A DNA stretch of 64,000 bases from an uncultured Gammaproteobacteria bacterium (GCA_963704155.1 CAVPHF010000041.1:16457-80456); one strand, 5' to 3'. Counted from the first letter of the stretch, positions 1 to 11,945 are shown. Translations and numbers: made by a program. The notes: generated from the letters alone by a model not told the origin.

Positions 1-99
1 CGGCCCGCATGAGCCCCTAGCGCGAGCGCCGTCGGGGCAAGGGCGCCGCGCCTATACCAGCGACCGAGAGCTGATTCATGAGAAGCTGAGGCTGGCCGA

Positions 100-1182
100 T
101 CAGGACTGGTCTTTCGCGGCGAATCCTTCAAGCTTGGCGAGACGCTCACGCAGTTCGGCGAGTTCGCGGGACTGGCGCTTGAAGGCTCCCAGCTGCTGCG
201 GCAACTTGGACAGGGCGGCCAACTCGCGCAGCGTGTCTTTGATGGCACGGGCAGGGGTGCCGAACACCGCGGCGCCAGCGGGGACGTCTTTAGTGACGCC
301 GGATTGACCGCCAATACGCGCGCCGGGACCAACCTTGACGTGGTCGGAGATAGCGACCTGTCCGGCGATCACAGCGCCGGCGCCGACGCTGCTGCTGCCA
401 GCGACACCCGCTTGACTGACCAGGATGACGTGCTCGCCGATGTCGGTGTTATGGGCAATCTGCACCAGGTTGTCGATCTTGGTGCCGCGGCGGATGCGCG
501 TCTCGCCGAGAGTCGCGCGGTCGACGCAGCAGTTGCAGCCGATATCGACGTCGTCCTCGATGACGACGCGGCCGAGCTGCGGGATCTTGCGGTGCGCGCT
601 GCCGTCCCAGCTGAAGCCGAAGCCGTCGCCGCCGACGACGCTGCCGGAGCGCACAATGCAGCGGTGGCCCAGAAGGCTGTCGCGCTGGATGGTGACGTTG
701 GCCTCGATCACGCAGTCATCGCCGAGCACGACACCGGCAGCAATGCTGCAGCCTGGACCAATGACGCAACGGGCGCCGACGCGAGCACCAGCCGCGATCA
801 CGGCGCAGGCGCCGACGGCAACCTCCTCGCCAAGCTCCGCGGCCGGGTCGATGACCGCACGCGGATGGATACCCTCAATGTCAGGCTGAGGCAGAAAGTG
901 CGCGGCAACCTGGAAGAATCCGATGCGCGGCTGCGCGATGCGGATCAGACAACGCAACGGCAAGTCCGGAAAGTCCGCCGGCACAATAACGGCGCCGGCG
1001 CGACTCGCCCGCACCGCGTCGGCCTGATCAGCGCCCTCGGCGAAACACAGATCAGTGGGTTCCGCCAGCTGCAGTGTATTGACGCCGCGGATCTGCACCG
1101 GCGGCTGTTGGTCGGCCACGGCCGGGAGCGGCGTCCGCAACAGAGCGCAAAGTTGCGAGAGATCGAGGACGACGGCGCTCAA
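100..1182 (-). CDS. lpxD: UDP-3-O-acylglucosamine N-acyltransferase (LpxD)
   Basis: 360-aa ORF with left-handed beta-helix hexapeptide repeats (e.g. [32 protein letters not shown]) and an LpxD-like N-terminal domain and C-terminal helical tail. The start is a TTG overlapping the dnaJ stop (TTGA, 1179-1182). Confidence 0.85.
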   Translation of the reverse strand: MSAVVLDLSQLCALLRTPLPAVADQQPPVQIRGVNTLQLAEPTDLCFAEGADQADAVRASRAGAVIVPADFPDLPLRCLIRIAQPRIGFFQVAAHFLPQPDIEGIHPRAVIDPAAELGEEVAVGACAVIAAGARVGARCVIGPGCSIAAGVVLGDDCVIEANVTIQRDSLLGHRCIVRSGSVVGGDGFGFSWDGSAHRKIPQLGRVVIEDDVDIGCNCCVDRATLGETRIRRGTKIDNLVQIAHNTDIGEHVILVSQAGVAGSSSVGAGAVIAGQVAISDHVKVGPGARIGGQSGVTKDVPAGAAVFGTPARAIKDTLRELAALSKLPQQLGAFKRQSRELAELRERLAKLEGFAAKDQS

Positions 1183-2312
1183 AGCCCCATCTTCTCGAAA
1201 AAGCTCTTGACACCGTCGAGCCAGCTGCTCGAGTGCGGGCTATGGTGCTTACCGCCGGCGGATACGCTCTCATCGAACTCGCGCAGGATGTCTTTCTGGC
1301 GCTCGGTCAGATTGACCGGCGTCTCCACGAGCACACGGCAGATCAGGTCGCCGACCGGGCCGCCTCGCACTGGTTTCACGCCCTTGCCGCGCATGCGGAA
1401 CATCTTGCCGGTTTGCGTGCCCCCAGGGACCTTCAGCATGACTTTGCCGCTCAAGGTCGGCACCGCCATCTCGCCGCCGAGCGCGGCGGTGACGAAGCTG
1501 ATCGGCACCTCGCAGAACAGGTTGTTCTCTTCGCGGGTGAAGATGGGGTGCGGCTGGACGCCAATCTGCACGTAGAGGTCGCCGGGTGAGCCGCCCTGCT
1601 CACCGGCCTCGCCCTCACCGGACAGGCGGATACGGTCACCAGTGTCGACGCCCGGCGGCACCTTGACCGACAGCGTCTTCTCCTCGCGCAAGCGCCCTGC
1701 CCCGCGGCAGTGGCCACAGCTCTCCTCGATCACCTTGCCCGTGCCGCGGCACTGCGGACAGCTCTGCTGGATGGAGAAAAACCCCTGCTGCATGCGCACC
1801 TGACCGGCACCATGGCAAGTCGGGCACTCCTTGGGCTTGGTGCCGGGCTTGGCGCCGCTACCGCCGCAGTGATGGCACTCCACGGTCGTCGGGATGCGGA
1901 TCTTGACGTCCTTACCGGCGACCGCGTCCTCGAGCGTCAGCGACAGGTCATAGCGCAGGTCGGCGCCGCGATGGGTTCGCCGGCCGCCGCCCCGCCCGCC
2001 GAAGATATCGCCGAAGACGTCACCGAAGATGTCGGAGAAGCCGCCGGCGCCGAAATCTGCCGAGCCACCGCCGAAGCCACCCTGACCACTGACGCCGGCA
2101 TGTCCGAACTGATCATAGGCGGAGCGCTTGCGGGCGTCGGACAGCACATCATGCGCCTCTTTGGCCTCCTTGAACTTGGCAAGGGCTTCAGCATCGTTGG
2201 GGTTGCGGTCGGGATGGTGCTTCATCGCCAGCCGCCGAAACGACTTCTTGATGTCCTGCTCACTGGCGTTGCGGCCGACACCGAGGACTTCGTAGTAATC
2301 GCGTTGGGACAT
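1179..2312 (-). CDS. dnaJ: Co-chaperone DnaJ
   Basis: J-domain with HPD (KHHPDRNP), a Gly/Phe-rich linker and four CxxCxGxG zinc-finger repeats ([32 protein letters not shown]). ATG at 2312. Confidence 0.97.
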   Translation of the reverse strand: MSQRDYYEVLGVGRNASEQDIKKSFRRLAMKHHPDRNPNDAEALAKFKEAKEAHDVLSDARKRSAYDQFGHAGVSGQGGFGGGSADFGAGGFSDIFGDVFGDIFGGRGGGRRTHRGADLRYDLSLTLEDAVAGKDVKIRIPTTVECHHCGGSGAKPGTKPKECPTCHGAGQVRMQQGFFSIQQSCPQCRGTGKVIEESCGHCRGAGRLREEKTLSVKVPPGVDTGDRIRLSGEGEAGEQGGSPGDLYVQIGVQPHPIFTREENNLFCEVPISFVTAALGGEMAVPTLSGKVMLKVPGGTQTGKMFRMRGKGVKPVRGGPVGDLICRVLVETPVNLTERQKDILREFDESVSAGGKHHSPHSSSWLDGVKSFFEKMGL

Positions 2313-2655
2313 GGGTGTCTATTGCGGACAGTCAGCGAGTATCGGGCTTTAGGACGCGATCTCGTCCGATCGCGCCTTGGGCGCCGCCCGCGGGCTCAAG
2401 AAAAACGGAGATCCGTTCAGGACAGCCAGGCACCGGCGGCGGCTAAGTCATCGCCGCCGGCGAGCTGTCCGCGGCGTCTCGGCTCAACGCTTCGGCGCCG
2501 GACGATGCCTGCGCCCTGCTGAGGTCGGAACCGTTGCGATCGCGCGCAAGAGTCAGGACAAGCCCGCTGAGCCGATCGCGCGGCAAGCGCGAGCAGCAAG
2601 GCTGCACTGGGCTTGAAGCCGATCAGCGAGCGCCCCCCGCGCATGCTCCACGCGA

Positions 2656-4614
<1,959 letters not shown>

Positions 4615-4710
4615 GATATTTCTCCACTGCAAATTCGTTAGTAAACCGATAACAGGCTCGCGCGTGCGGCCCTGGACCGACCCTGCCCCAGCCTGACCAA
4701 ATTGGTCGAG

Positions 4711-4739
4711 ACGTGGGGCAAAACCTTGTGATTCTCAAG
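4711..4739 (-). promoter_or_regulatory. Sigma32 (RpoH)-type heat-shock promoter upstream of dnaK
   Basis: Minus strand reads CTTGAGA (4739-4733), a 14-nt spacer, then CCCCACGT (4718-4711). The E. coli sigma32 consensus is CTTGAAA-N13-14-CCCCATNT. It lies about 97-125 nt upstream of the dnaK ATG. Confidence 0.6.
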
Positions 4740-4850
4740 CCTACTGCCGACCCAGAAACGGAAAACCGGCCGTCGCGCCGCCGCGGACAGGGCGCGCGGC
4801 CGGCGTTGCCCGACCGAAGCACGCGCCGCGCGCAGCCCGGTCACGCCGCG

Positions 4851-5510
4851 CTAAGCCGATTTCGAAACCATCACCATCGCCGGGCGCACCAGGCGACCGT
4901 TCAGAAGGTAGCCGCTCTGAATCACCGCGGTGACGGTGTTCGGCGGCAGATCAGCACGCGGCTGAATCGACATGGCCTGATGGTATTCCGGGTTGAACGG
5001 CTCGCCCTCGGGGTACACGCGCTCGACGCCAAATTTGGCCATGACATCGCCGAGCTGCTTCAGTGTCAGCTCGGTCCCCTCAAGCAGCCTGGCGACGTCC
5101 GCGTCGGGCTCACGCGCGGCGGCGAATCCAAGCTCCAGGCTGTCGCGCACCAACAGCAATTCTTTGACAAACCCCTCCAGCGCGAACTTGTGCGCGTTCT
5201 CCAGCTCCTTCGCCTGGCGCCGTTTCATGTTCTCCATCTCGGCACGCGTGCGCAGCAGCTGGTCGTGCGTCTGATCGGCCTTGGCACGAGCGTCCTCGAG
5301 CAACATGGTCAGCTCGGACGCATCGCCAGCAGCGGGGGGGTCATCGGCGGCCGGCCGCTGCGCCTGTGCGGCGTCCTCGCCCGATATCGCATCGGCCCGG
5401 TGGTCGGCCCAAGCACCGGGCTGGGCGTCATCCGCGGCCGAATTCCAGGCATCTGGCGCATCACCCGGACGCACCTCGCCTTGTTCCTGCTGGTGTGGAT
5501 CCTTTGTCAT
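4851..5510 (-). CDS. grpE: Nucleotide exchange factor GrpE
   Basis: 219-aa ORF with an acidic/Ala-rich N-terminus, a long helix (LLRTRAEMENMKRR) and a GrpE C-terminal beta domain (GYLLNGRLVRPAMV). It sits between hrcA and dnaK. Confidence 0.93.
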   Translation of the reverse strand: MTKDPHQQEQGEVRPGDAPDAWNSAADDAQPGAWADHRADAISGEDAAQAQRPAADDPPAAGDASELTMLLEDARAKADQTHDQLLRTRAEMENMKRRQAKELENAHKFALEGFVKELLLVRDSLELGFAAAREPDADVARLLEGTELTLKQLGDVMAKFGVERVYPEGEPFNPEYHQAMSIQPRADLPPNTVTAVIQSGYLLNGRLVRPAMVMVSKSA

Positions 5511-5580
5511 CTGTTACCTCTCCAGGGACGATTCGAAAGCGCGGGGCCAAGCCGCCGCCTCGCGATCTCTGTCGCATGAA

Positions 5581-6711
5581 TTACTGTTGTCTCAAGGCCG
5601 CCGCGAGCAGCTTCGCGGTGACGTCGACCACCGGGATCACGCGCTGATAGTCCATCCGCGTCGGCCCGATCACGCCGAGCACACCGAGGATCTGATCCTC
5701 GACCCGGTAGGTCGTGGTGACCAGGCTGCAGCTATCCAGCAGCGCGTAGCCCGACTCGTAACCGACGAAGATCTGCACACCGTCCGCCGCGATACAGCGG
5801 TCGAGCAGATCCAAGATCTGACGCTTTTCGTTGAAGGCGTCGAACAGCGACTTCAACCGCTCGACGTTGGCCAATTCCTCGAATTCCATCAGATTGGTCT
5901 GCCCGGCGATGAGCAGATCGTCCTTGTGCTCGGCGAACGCCACCACACGCTGTGCCATCGAGATGGCGCGCATCATGAGTTCATCCATGTTGCGGTGGGT
6001 GAGCTTCAAGTCATCGACTAGACGCCGACGAACGTCGCGCATGTCCTGGCCGGTGAACATCTCGGTGAGATAGTTCGACGCCTGGACCAACTGCGCCGGC
6101 GTGCAGGGCTTCTCGGTATGGATGATGCGGTTGTGCACCTCGCCCTCGCCAGTGACGAGGATGGCCAGCACGCGAGTCCCGGACAGCGGCAGAAACTCGA
6201 TCTGACGAAACAGATCGCGCTCGTGCCGCGGCACCATGACGATGCCCGCCAGATGGGTCACGCCCGACAACAGGCGCGATGCGGTCTCGATCAGCGCCTT
6301 GGAGTCCCCCGGCGACTCGCCCGGGAGACTAAAGCTCGAGCGCAGCGAGTCGATGTCGGCGTCGGCCAAGGGCGAGATGGTCAGCAGGCTGTCGATGAAC
6401 AATCGGTAGCCCGACACCGTGGGTACGCGCCCGGAGGACGTGTGCGGCGAGGACACGAGCCCCATGTCCTCGAGGTCTGCCATGACATTGCGAATCGTTG
6501 CCGGACTTAGATCGAGGCCGGCATCCTTGGCCAGCGTGCGCGAACCGACGGGCTGACCATCGCGGATGTGGCGCTCGATCAGGGCCTTGAGAAAATGCAG
6601 CGCGCGCTCGCTGATCTCGCCGCCGCCTTTCAGCGCGACGGTCGCATCGCCAGCTCGGGTGGTGCCGCTCACGTCAGTCACAGAGACCCTAAAAGTGTCA
6701 TCAACAATCAC
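5581..6711 (-). CDS. hrcA: Heat-inducible transcriptional repressor HrcA
   Basis: N-terminal winged-helix region (PVGSRTLAK...SPATIRNVMADLEDMGLVSSPHTSSGRVPTVSGYRLF) and an HrcA C-terminal domain. The start is uncertain: GTG at 6711, with alternative GTGs at 6681 and 6672. Confidence 0.92.
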   Translation of the reverse strand: MIVDDTFRVSVTDVSGTTRAGDATVALKGGGEISERALHFLKALIERHIRDGQPVGSRTLAKDAGLDLSPATIRNVMADLEDMGLVSSPHTSSGRVPTVSGYRLFIDSLLTISPLADADIDSLRSSFSLPGESPGDSKALIETASRLLSGVTHLAGIVMVPRHERDLFRQIEFLPLSGTRVLAILVTGEGEVHNRIIHTEKPCTPAQLVQASNYLTEMFTGQDMRDVRRRLVDDLKLTHRNMDELMMRAISMAQRVVAFAEHKDDLLIAGQTNLMEFEELANVERLKSLFDAFNEKRQILDLLDRCIAADGVQIFVGYESGYALLDSCSLVTTTYRVEDQILGVLGVIGPTRMDYQRVIPVVDVTAKLLAAALRQQ

Positions 6712-6724
6712 TATCGGCAGCCTG

Positions 6725-6751
6725 TTAGCACTCTAAGCCAAAGAGTGCTAA
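6725..6751. promoter_or_regulatory. CIRCE operator (HrcA binding site)
   Basis: Perfect match to the CIRCE consensus TTAGCACTC-N9-GAGTGCTAA: TTAGCACTC (6725-6733), TAAGCCAAA, GAGTGCTAA (6743-6751). It lies 14 nt upstream of the hrcA ORF start. Confidence 0.92.
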
Positions 6752-6972
6752 GCCCGATCAATCTAGGGCGTATGCCTGGCAGTGTCAAGCGCTGGGCGAG
6801 GCCGACAGCGTGCGCGCGGCAAGGCCGTGTTTGAAAGCGAACGCTTCGTTCATCGCGCCGGAGGCGACGCGCCTGCGCTCGGGGCAGCGATGCGTGCGAG
6901 GCGCCGGCGGCCGCAGTTGGCGGCACGATGGCCGCATGCTAACGTTCCTGCAGACAACAACGACGGCGGCCG

Positions 6973-7872
6973 ATGGCCCGGGTTCTCAATAACGGCATGG
7001 CAGCGTTTCAAACGGCAGGCATCATCGGCAAACAGCAAGATGACGCACGTATCGCGGCCACCATCGGCCGACTCGCATCGCATCTGCGCCGGCGCGGACT
7101 GAAGATTCACTATGAGCAGGAGACCGCGCACTCTGTCGGTCTGGACGACGGTCTCCCGCTGGCCGAGCTCGGCCGGCACTGCGATCTCATCGTGGTCGTC
7201 GGCGGCGACGGCACGCTGTTGCACGCGGCGCGCGAGACGGCCGGACAGGATGTGCCGCTGGTGGGCATCAATCTTGGACGGCTCGGCTTCTTGGTCGATG
7301 TGTCCCCGAACGATCTCGAACAGGCACTGGACGGCATCCTGGGCGGCGAGTTCGATGTCGACCACCGCGCGCTGCTCGACGCCCGCATCAACGGCGCCAC
7401 CGGCCGCGCCGTCAACGACGTCGTCGTGCACAAATGGAATTCGGTGCGCATGATCGAATTCGAGACCTATATCGACGGGCAGTTCGTTAACGCCCAGCGC
7501 TCCGACGGCATCATCGTGTCCACCCCCACCGGTTCGACCGCCTATGCCCTGTCCGGCGGCGGCCCCCTGATCCACCCCAGCCTAGACGCCTTGCTGTTGG
7601 TACCCATCTGCCCGCACACGCTGAGCAATCGGCCGCTCGTCGTGGCGGGCGACAGTTGTATCGAGATACACATCTGTGACGACGAGATAGACCAGGTGCG
7701 TCTGACCTGCGACGGCCGCATCGACCTGCCGATGGCCGACCGCGCGCCGATACGCATCACGCGCAGCACGCATCGCGTGCGCCTGCTGCACCCGCGCGGC
7801 CACGATCACTACGGCATCCTGCGGGCAAAGCTCGGCTGGGGCGGACATACGCGCGCGGACACCCCATGCTGA
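6973..7872 (+). CDS. nadK: NAD kinase
   Basis: GGDGTLL motif (VVVGGDGTLLHAAR), NLGRLGFL, and the C-terminal STPTGSTAYALSGGGP motif. The start is either ATG 6973 or ATG 6997 (MAAFQT...). Confidence 0.93.
   Translation: MARVLNNGMAAFQTAGIIGKQQDDARIAATIGRLASHLRRRGLKIHYEQETAHSVGLDDGLPLAELGRHCDLIVVVGGDGTLLHAARETAGQDVPLVGINLGRLGFLVDVSPNDLEQALDGILGGEFDVDHRALLDARINGATGRAVNDVVVHKWNSVRMIEFETYIDGQFVNAQRSDGIIVSTPTGSTAYALSGGGPLIHPSLDALLLVPICPHTLSNRPLVVAGDSCIEIHICDDEIDQVRLTCDGRIDLPMADRAPIRITRSTHRVRLLHPRGHDHYGILRAKLGWGGHTRADTPC
7656..7671. promoter_or_regulatory. Candidate LexA (SOS) box upstream of recN, inside the nadK CDS
   Basis: TTGTATCGAGATACAC contains the perfect palindrome TGTATC-GA-GATACA, which fits the TGT-N8-ACA core of the gammaproteobacterial CTGT-N8-ACAG box. 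It lies about 195 nt upstream of the recN ATG. The outer C/G positions do not match the consensus. Confidence 0.3.
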
Positions 7873-9560
7873 CCCATATCCTGATCAATGACCTGGTCAT
7901 CGTCAGCGCCCTGGAGCTGGACCTGGGAGCCGGCATGACGGCGCTGACCGGCGAAACCGGCGCCGGCAAGTCCATCCTGATCGATGCGCTCGGGCTGGTG
8001 CTCGGCGACAAGGCCGACGCGTCCATGATCCGCATCGGCAGCGCGCGCGCCGAGGTCAGCGCCGGCTTCGATCTTGGACACTGCGACGAGGCACGGGCCT
8101 GGCTCGCGGAGCAGGCAATGGATGACGGCGATGACTGTCTGATCCGCCGCGTGCTGGTGCGCGGCGGCCGCGCCCGGGCCTTTATCAACGGCCAATCGGC
8201 GAGCGGTACCCAGCTGCGCGAACTCGGCGACTTACTGGTCGACATCCACGGCCAGCACGCCCACCAGTCGCTGCTGCGGCCGGCGGCTCAGCGCAGCCTG
8301 CTGGACGGCTACGGCGGCCATCAGGCAATCACCGCCGAGGTCGGCGAACTCTATCGGCAGTTCAAGGATCTCGACGGCCGCTGGCGTCTATTGACCAGCG
8401 CGCGCGACGAGCGGGCATCGCGCATCGAGCTGCTGCGCTTTCAGGTCGACGAGCTGGACGATCTCGCGCTCACCGACGGCGAATTGGAGTGCCTGGACGG
8501 CGAGCAGCGCCGGCTCGCGAACCTCGGCAGCCTACAGGCGACGGCCGCGGCGCTGGTGGAGCTTCTCTATGAGGGCGAAGGCGCGCTGCGCGACCAGCTC
8601 GGCCATGCGGAGAGCGAGCTGGCGGGTCTGGCGCGCATCGACGATCAGCTCGGCGACACGCGCGAGCTGATCGCGGGCGCCACCTTACAGGTGCAGGAGG
8701 CGGCCACGAACCTGCGCCGTTACCTCGACGGCCTCGACCTGGACCCGGCCCGGCTGGCCGAGGTCGAGCTGCGGCTGAGCCGGCTGCACGACATGGCGCG
8801 AAAATACCGCGTGCTGCCGGCCGAGCTGCCCGGCACGCTGGCGCGCCTGAAAGCCGAGCTGTGTGAGCTCGAGCAGGCGGATCAGTCCATCGGCAGCCTC
8901 GGCGATGAGCGCGACGCCGCCCGCGCAAGCTTGCTGGCGCGCGCCGAGGCACTGAGCGCCGAGCGCCGGGCGGCCGCACAACGTCTGAGCGACACGGTGA
9001 GCGCTGCAATGCAGGAGCTGGGAATGACCGGCGGGCGCTTCGCGGTCGAAGTGACCACTGGCGATGCCGAGCAGATCGGCGGCGGCGGTCTCGACAGCAT
9101 CGCCTTCCAGGTCAGCGCCAATCCGGGCCAGCCGCTGCGGCCGCTGGCCAAGGTCGCCTCGGGCGGGGAGCTGTCGCGCATCAGCCTCGCCATTCAAGTG
9201 GCAACGGCCGAGGTCGGGCGCATCCCGACGCTGGTCTTCGACGAAGTCGATGTCGGCATCGGCGGCGGCGTCGCCGAGATCGTCGGCCGCCTGCTGCGCC
9301 GCCTCGGCGAAGCGCGCCAAGTCCTCTGCGTCACCCATTTGCCGCAGGTGGCGGCCCAGGCAAACCAGCAACTCAAGGTGCAGAAGCAGGCGGTCGACGG
9401 CGAGACCTTCACCGAGATCGAATCGCTCGCCGCCGCGCAGCGGGTCGACGAGATCGCCCGCATGCTCGGCGGCACCGAAATCACGGCAACGACCCGCGCA
9501 CACGCCCGCGAGATGCTTGGCACGGCGACTGGAGCCGAACCTTCGCAGCCTGTAGGCTAG
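7866..9560 (+). CDS. recN: DNA repair protein RecN
   Basis: SMC-like protein with Walker A GETGAGKS at the N-terminus, a long coiled-coil middle, and C-terminal signature/Walker B (SGGELSRISLAIQ, LVFDEVDVGIGG). Overlaps the nadK stop. Confidence 0.95.
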   Translation: MLTHILINDLVIVSALELDLGAGMTALTGETGAGKSILIDALGLVLGDKADASMIRIGSARAEVSAGFDLGHCDEARAWLAEQAMDDGDDCLIRRVLVRGGRARAFINGQSASGTQLRELGDLLVDIHGQHAHQSLLRPAAQRSLLDGYGGHQAITAEVGELYRQFKDLDGRWRLLTSARDERASRIELLRFQVDELDDLALTDGELECLDGEQRRLANLGSLQATAAALVELLYEGEGALRDQLGHAESELAGLARIDDQLGDTRELIAGATLQVQEAATNLRRYLDGLDLDPARLAEVELRLSRLHDMARKYRVLPAELPGTLARLKAELCELEQADQSIGSLGDERDAARASLLARAEALSAERRAAAQRLSDTVSAAMQELGMTGGRFAVEVTTGDAEQIGGGGLDSIAFQVSANPGQPLRPLAKVASGGELSRISLAIQVATAEVGRIPTLVFDEVDVGIGGGVAEIVGRLLRRLGEARQVLCVTHLPQVAAQANQQLKVQKQAVDGETFTEIESLAAAQRVDEIARMLGGTEITATTRAHAREMLGTATGAEPSQPVG

Positions 9561-9716
9561 CGAAGAAGTATCGAGGCGCGAGTCGCGAGGCCATCCGTAC
9601 ATCGGGCAAAGATTTCGGCGCGAGACGCACATCGACAGATTCGACAGCCATCGCGGCAATGAAGCAACGGCAGTCGTGTTTCACCCGCTTCCTGATGCAT
9701 CCCCGGCGGCGACAAG

Positions 9717-11945
9717 ATGATCCCCAGCGACCAGCCTCTCTATATCGTTCTGATCAGCGTCCACGGCCTGATCCGCGGCAGCAATCTCGAACTCGGGCGC
9801 GATGCCGACACCGGCGGGCAAACCCTCTATGTGGTGGAACTCGCCCGCGCGCTGGCCGCACGTGACGATGTCGACCGCGTCGACCTGTTCACGCGACTGG
9901 TGGACGACCACCATGTCAGCGCCGACTACGCGAAGCCACTCGAGGACATCGGCAACGGTGCACGCATCGTACGCATCAACGCCGGCCCGCCGGGTTATCT
10001 ACCCAAGGAGCAGCTCTGGGACCATCTGGATGCGTTCTCCGACAGCATGCTGAGCTTTCTGCGCGAGGCCGATAAGCTGCCGAACCTGATCCATAGCCAC
10101 TACGCCGACGCCGGTTATGTCGGCTCGCGGCTGTCGGCGCAGCTCGGCGTCCCGTTGGTCCATACCGGCCACTCCCTGGGCCGAGTCAAGCGCCAGCGAC
10201 TGCTGGCATCGGGCATTAAGCAAGAGAGCATCGACGCCCGTTACCAGATGAACCGGCGAATCGACGCCGAGGAGGAGACGCTCGGCGCCGCCAGCCTGGT
10301 GGTCACCAGCACCACCCAGGAGATCGAGGAGCAATACGGGCTCTACGATCACTACCAGCCCGAACGCATGTCCGTCATTCCTCCGGGCACCGATCTGAAG
10401 CGTTTTCATCCGGCCGACGGCAGCGAGCAGAAGGCCGGAATCAAGAAGGAGCTGGAACGCTTCCTGAACTCACCCAAGAAACCCATCATCCTGGCACTGT
10501 CGCGTCCGGACGAACGTAAGAACATCGGTACGCTGATCGAGGCCTTCGGCGAGTCGAAGGAACTCCAGCGCAGCGCCAATCTGGTCATCGTCGCCGGCAA
10601 CCGCGACGACATCCACGACCTCGACAGCGGCGCCCAGCAAGTGCTGACCGACATCCTGCTGTTGATCGACCTGTACGACCTGTACGGCCGGGCGGCCTAC
10701 CCGAAACACCACGGCTCGGACGACGTGCCCTTGCTGTATCAGATCGCAGCGGCTTCACGCGGCGTGTTTATCAACCCGGCATTGACGGAGCCGTTCGGGC
10801 TGACGCTGATCGAGGCCGCCGCCAGCGGGCTGCCTATCGTCGCGACCGAGGACGGTGGCCCGACCGACATCATCAGTCATTGTCGCAACGGCATTCTGAT
10901 CGATCCGCTCGACAAGCAAGACATTACCAAGGCGCTTCTGAAGGTGATCAGCGACGCCGCCGGCTGGCGCCGGATGGCCAAGAACGGCCTCGCCGGCGTC
11001 AAGGAGCACTATTCCTGGGAGGCGCATGCCGAGAGCTACATGGAGGCCATCGCGCCGCTGCTGGAAAAGGTGCAGCCGCCGCCGCGGGCGCCGGTCTCAC
11101 GCCGGCCGCTGCTCTATCACGACCGCGCCATCTTCACCGACCTGGATCAGAATCTGCTGGGCGACCCAGACTCACTGGCGGATTTCATCCGCATCGTCCG
11201 CGAGAATCGCAAGTGCACCAGCTTCGGCATCGCGACTGGCCGACGGCTGGACTCGGCTCTGGCCATCATGCGCCGCTACGGCATCCCGCGCCCCGATGTA
11301 CTGATCACGGCGCTCGGCACCGAGATCTACTATTCGCCACAACTGACGCATGACTACGCCTGGACCCGGCACATCGACTATCTGTGGCATCCGCGCCGCG
11401 TACGCGATGCGCTCGCCGACCTACCCGGCATCAAGAGACAGCCGAACAGCGAACAGAGCCGGTTCAAGGTCAGCTTCTATATCGACCCGGGGCATGCACC
11501 CAGCCTCGAGGAGATCTCGAGCCTGCTGCATCAGGCCGACCTCAGCGTGCATCTGAACCTGTCCTTCGGGCAGTTTCTCGATGTGGTGCCGGCGCGTGCG
11601 TCCAAGGGGCTCGCGCTGCGGTATGTGGTCGACCAATGGGGGATTCCGTTAGAGCACTGCCTGGCCGCCGGCGGTTCGGGTGCCGATGAGGACATGATGC
11701 GCGGCAACACACTGGCGGTCGTGGTCGCCAACCGGCACCATGAAGAACTCTCGCAGCTCACCGACACCGCGAGCATCTACTTCGCCGAGAAACCCTATGC
11801 CGCCGGACTCCTCGAGGCCATAGACCATTACCGTTTCTTTGATGCCTGCCAGGTGCCCATCGATCCGAGCCTGGTGCCGAGCACCGATGTAACCCAGGAT
11901 GGCGGCACCGATACCCAGACGACAATCGCGGAGACGCAGACATGA
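9717..11945 (+). CDS. Sucrose-phosphate synthase (GT4) with a C-terminal SPP-like HAD domain
   Basis: 742 aa. The N-terminal GT4 domain has SPS-type motifs (ISVHGLIRG..ELGRDADTGGQTLYVVELARAL; EPFGLTLIEAAASGLPIVAT). The C-terminal ~250 aa is an HAD-IIB-like fold with a variant first motif, DLDQN, instead of DxDxT. Confidence 0.85.
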   Translation: MIPSDQPLYIVLISVHGLIRGSNLELGRDADTGGQTLYVVELARALAARDDVDRVDLFTRLVDDHHVSADYAKPLEDIGNGARIVRINAGPPGYLPKEQLWDHLDAFSDSMLSFLREADKLPNLIHSHYADAGYVGSRLSAQLGVPLVHTGHSLGRVKRQRLLASGIKQESIDARYQMNRRIDAEEETLGAASLVVTSTTQEIEEQYGLYDHYQPERMSVIPPGTDLKRFHPADGSEQKAGIKKELERFLNSPKKPIILALSRPDERKNIGTLIEAFGESKELQRSANLVIVAGNRDDIHDLDSGAQQVLTDILLLIDLYDLYGRAAYPKHHGSDDVPLLYQIAAASRGVFINPALTEPFGLTLIEAAASGLPIVATEDGGPTDIISHCRNGILIDPLDKQDITKALLKVISDAAGWRRMAKNGLAGVKEHYSWEAHAESYMEAIAPLLEKVQPPPRAPVSRRPLLYHDRAIFTDLDQNLLGDPDSLADFIRIVRENRKCTSFGIATGRRLDSALAIMRRYGIPRPDVLITALGTEIYYSPQLTHDYAWTRHIDYLWHPRRVRDALADLPGIKRQPNSEQSRFKVSFYIDPGHAPSLEEISSLLHQADLSVHLNLSFGQFLDVVPARASKGLALRYVVDQWGIPLEHCLAAGGSGADEDMMRGNTLAVVVANRHHEELSQLTDTASIYFAEKPYAAGLLEAIDHYRFFDACQVPIDPSLVPSTDVTQDGGTDTQTTIAETQT

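Noticed and set aside
304-1575. 423-aa plus-strand ORF. Similar long antisense ORFs occur elsewhere, e.g. 3730-4641, 8685-9659, 14056-14994, 40826-41770, 42110-42988 and 57095-57982.
   Set aside because: They lie antisense to genes with unmistakable conserved products (lpxD/dnaJ, dnaK, recN, the znu-like genes, ndvB, asmA). Their translations are Ala/Arg/Pro/Gly-rich with no motifs. These are the typical shadow ORFs of a high-GC genome.
5511-5580. Possible sigma32 promoter between hrcA and grpE.
   Set aside because: CTTGGCC...CGAATCGT is a poor match at the -10 element. grpE is more simply read through from the hrcA promoter.
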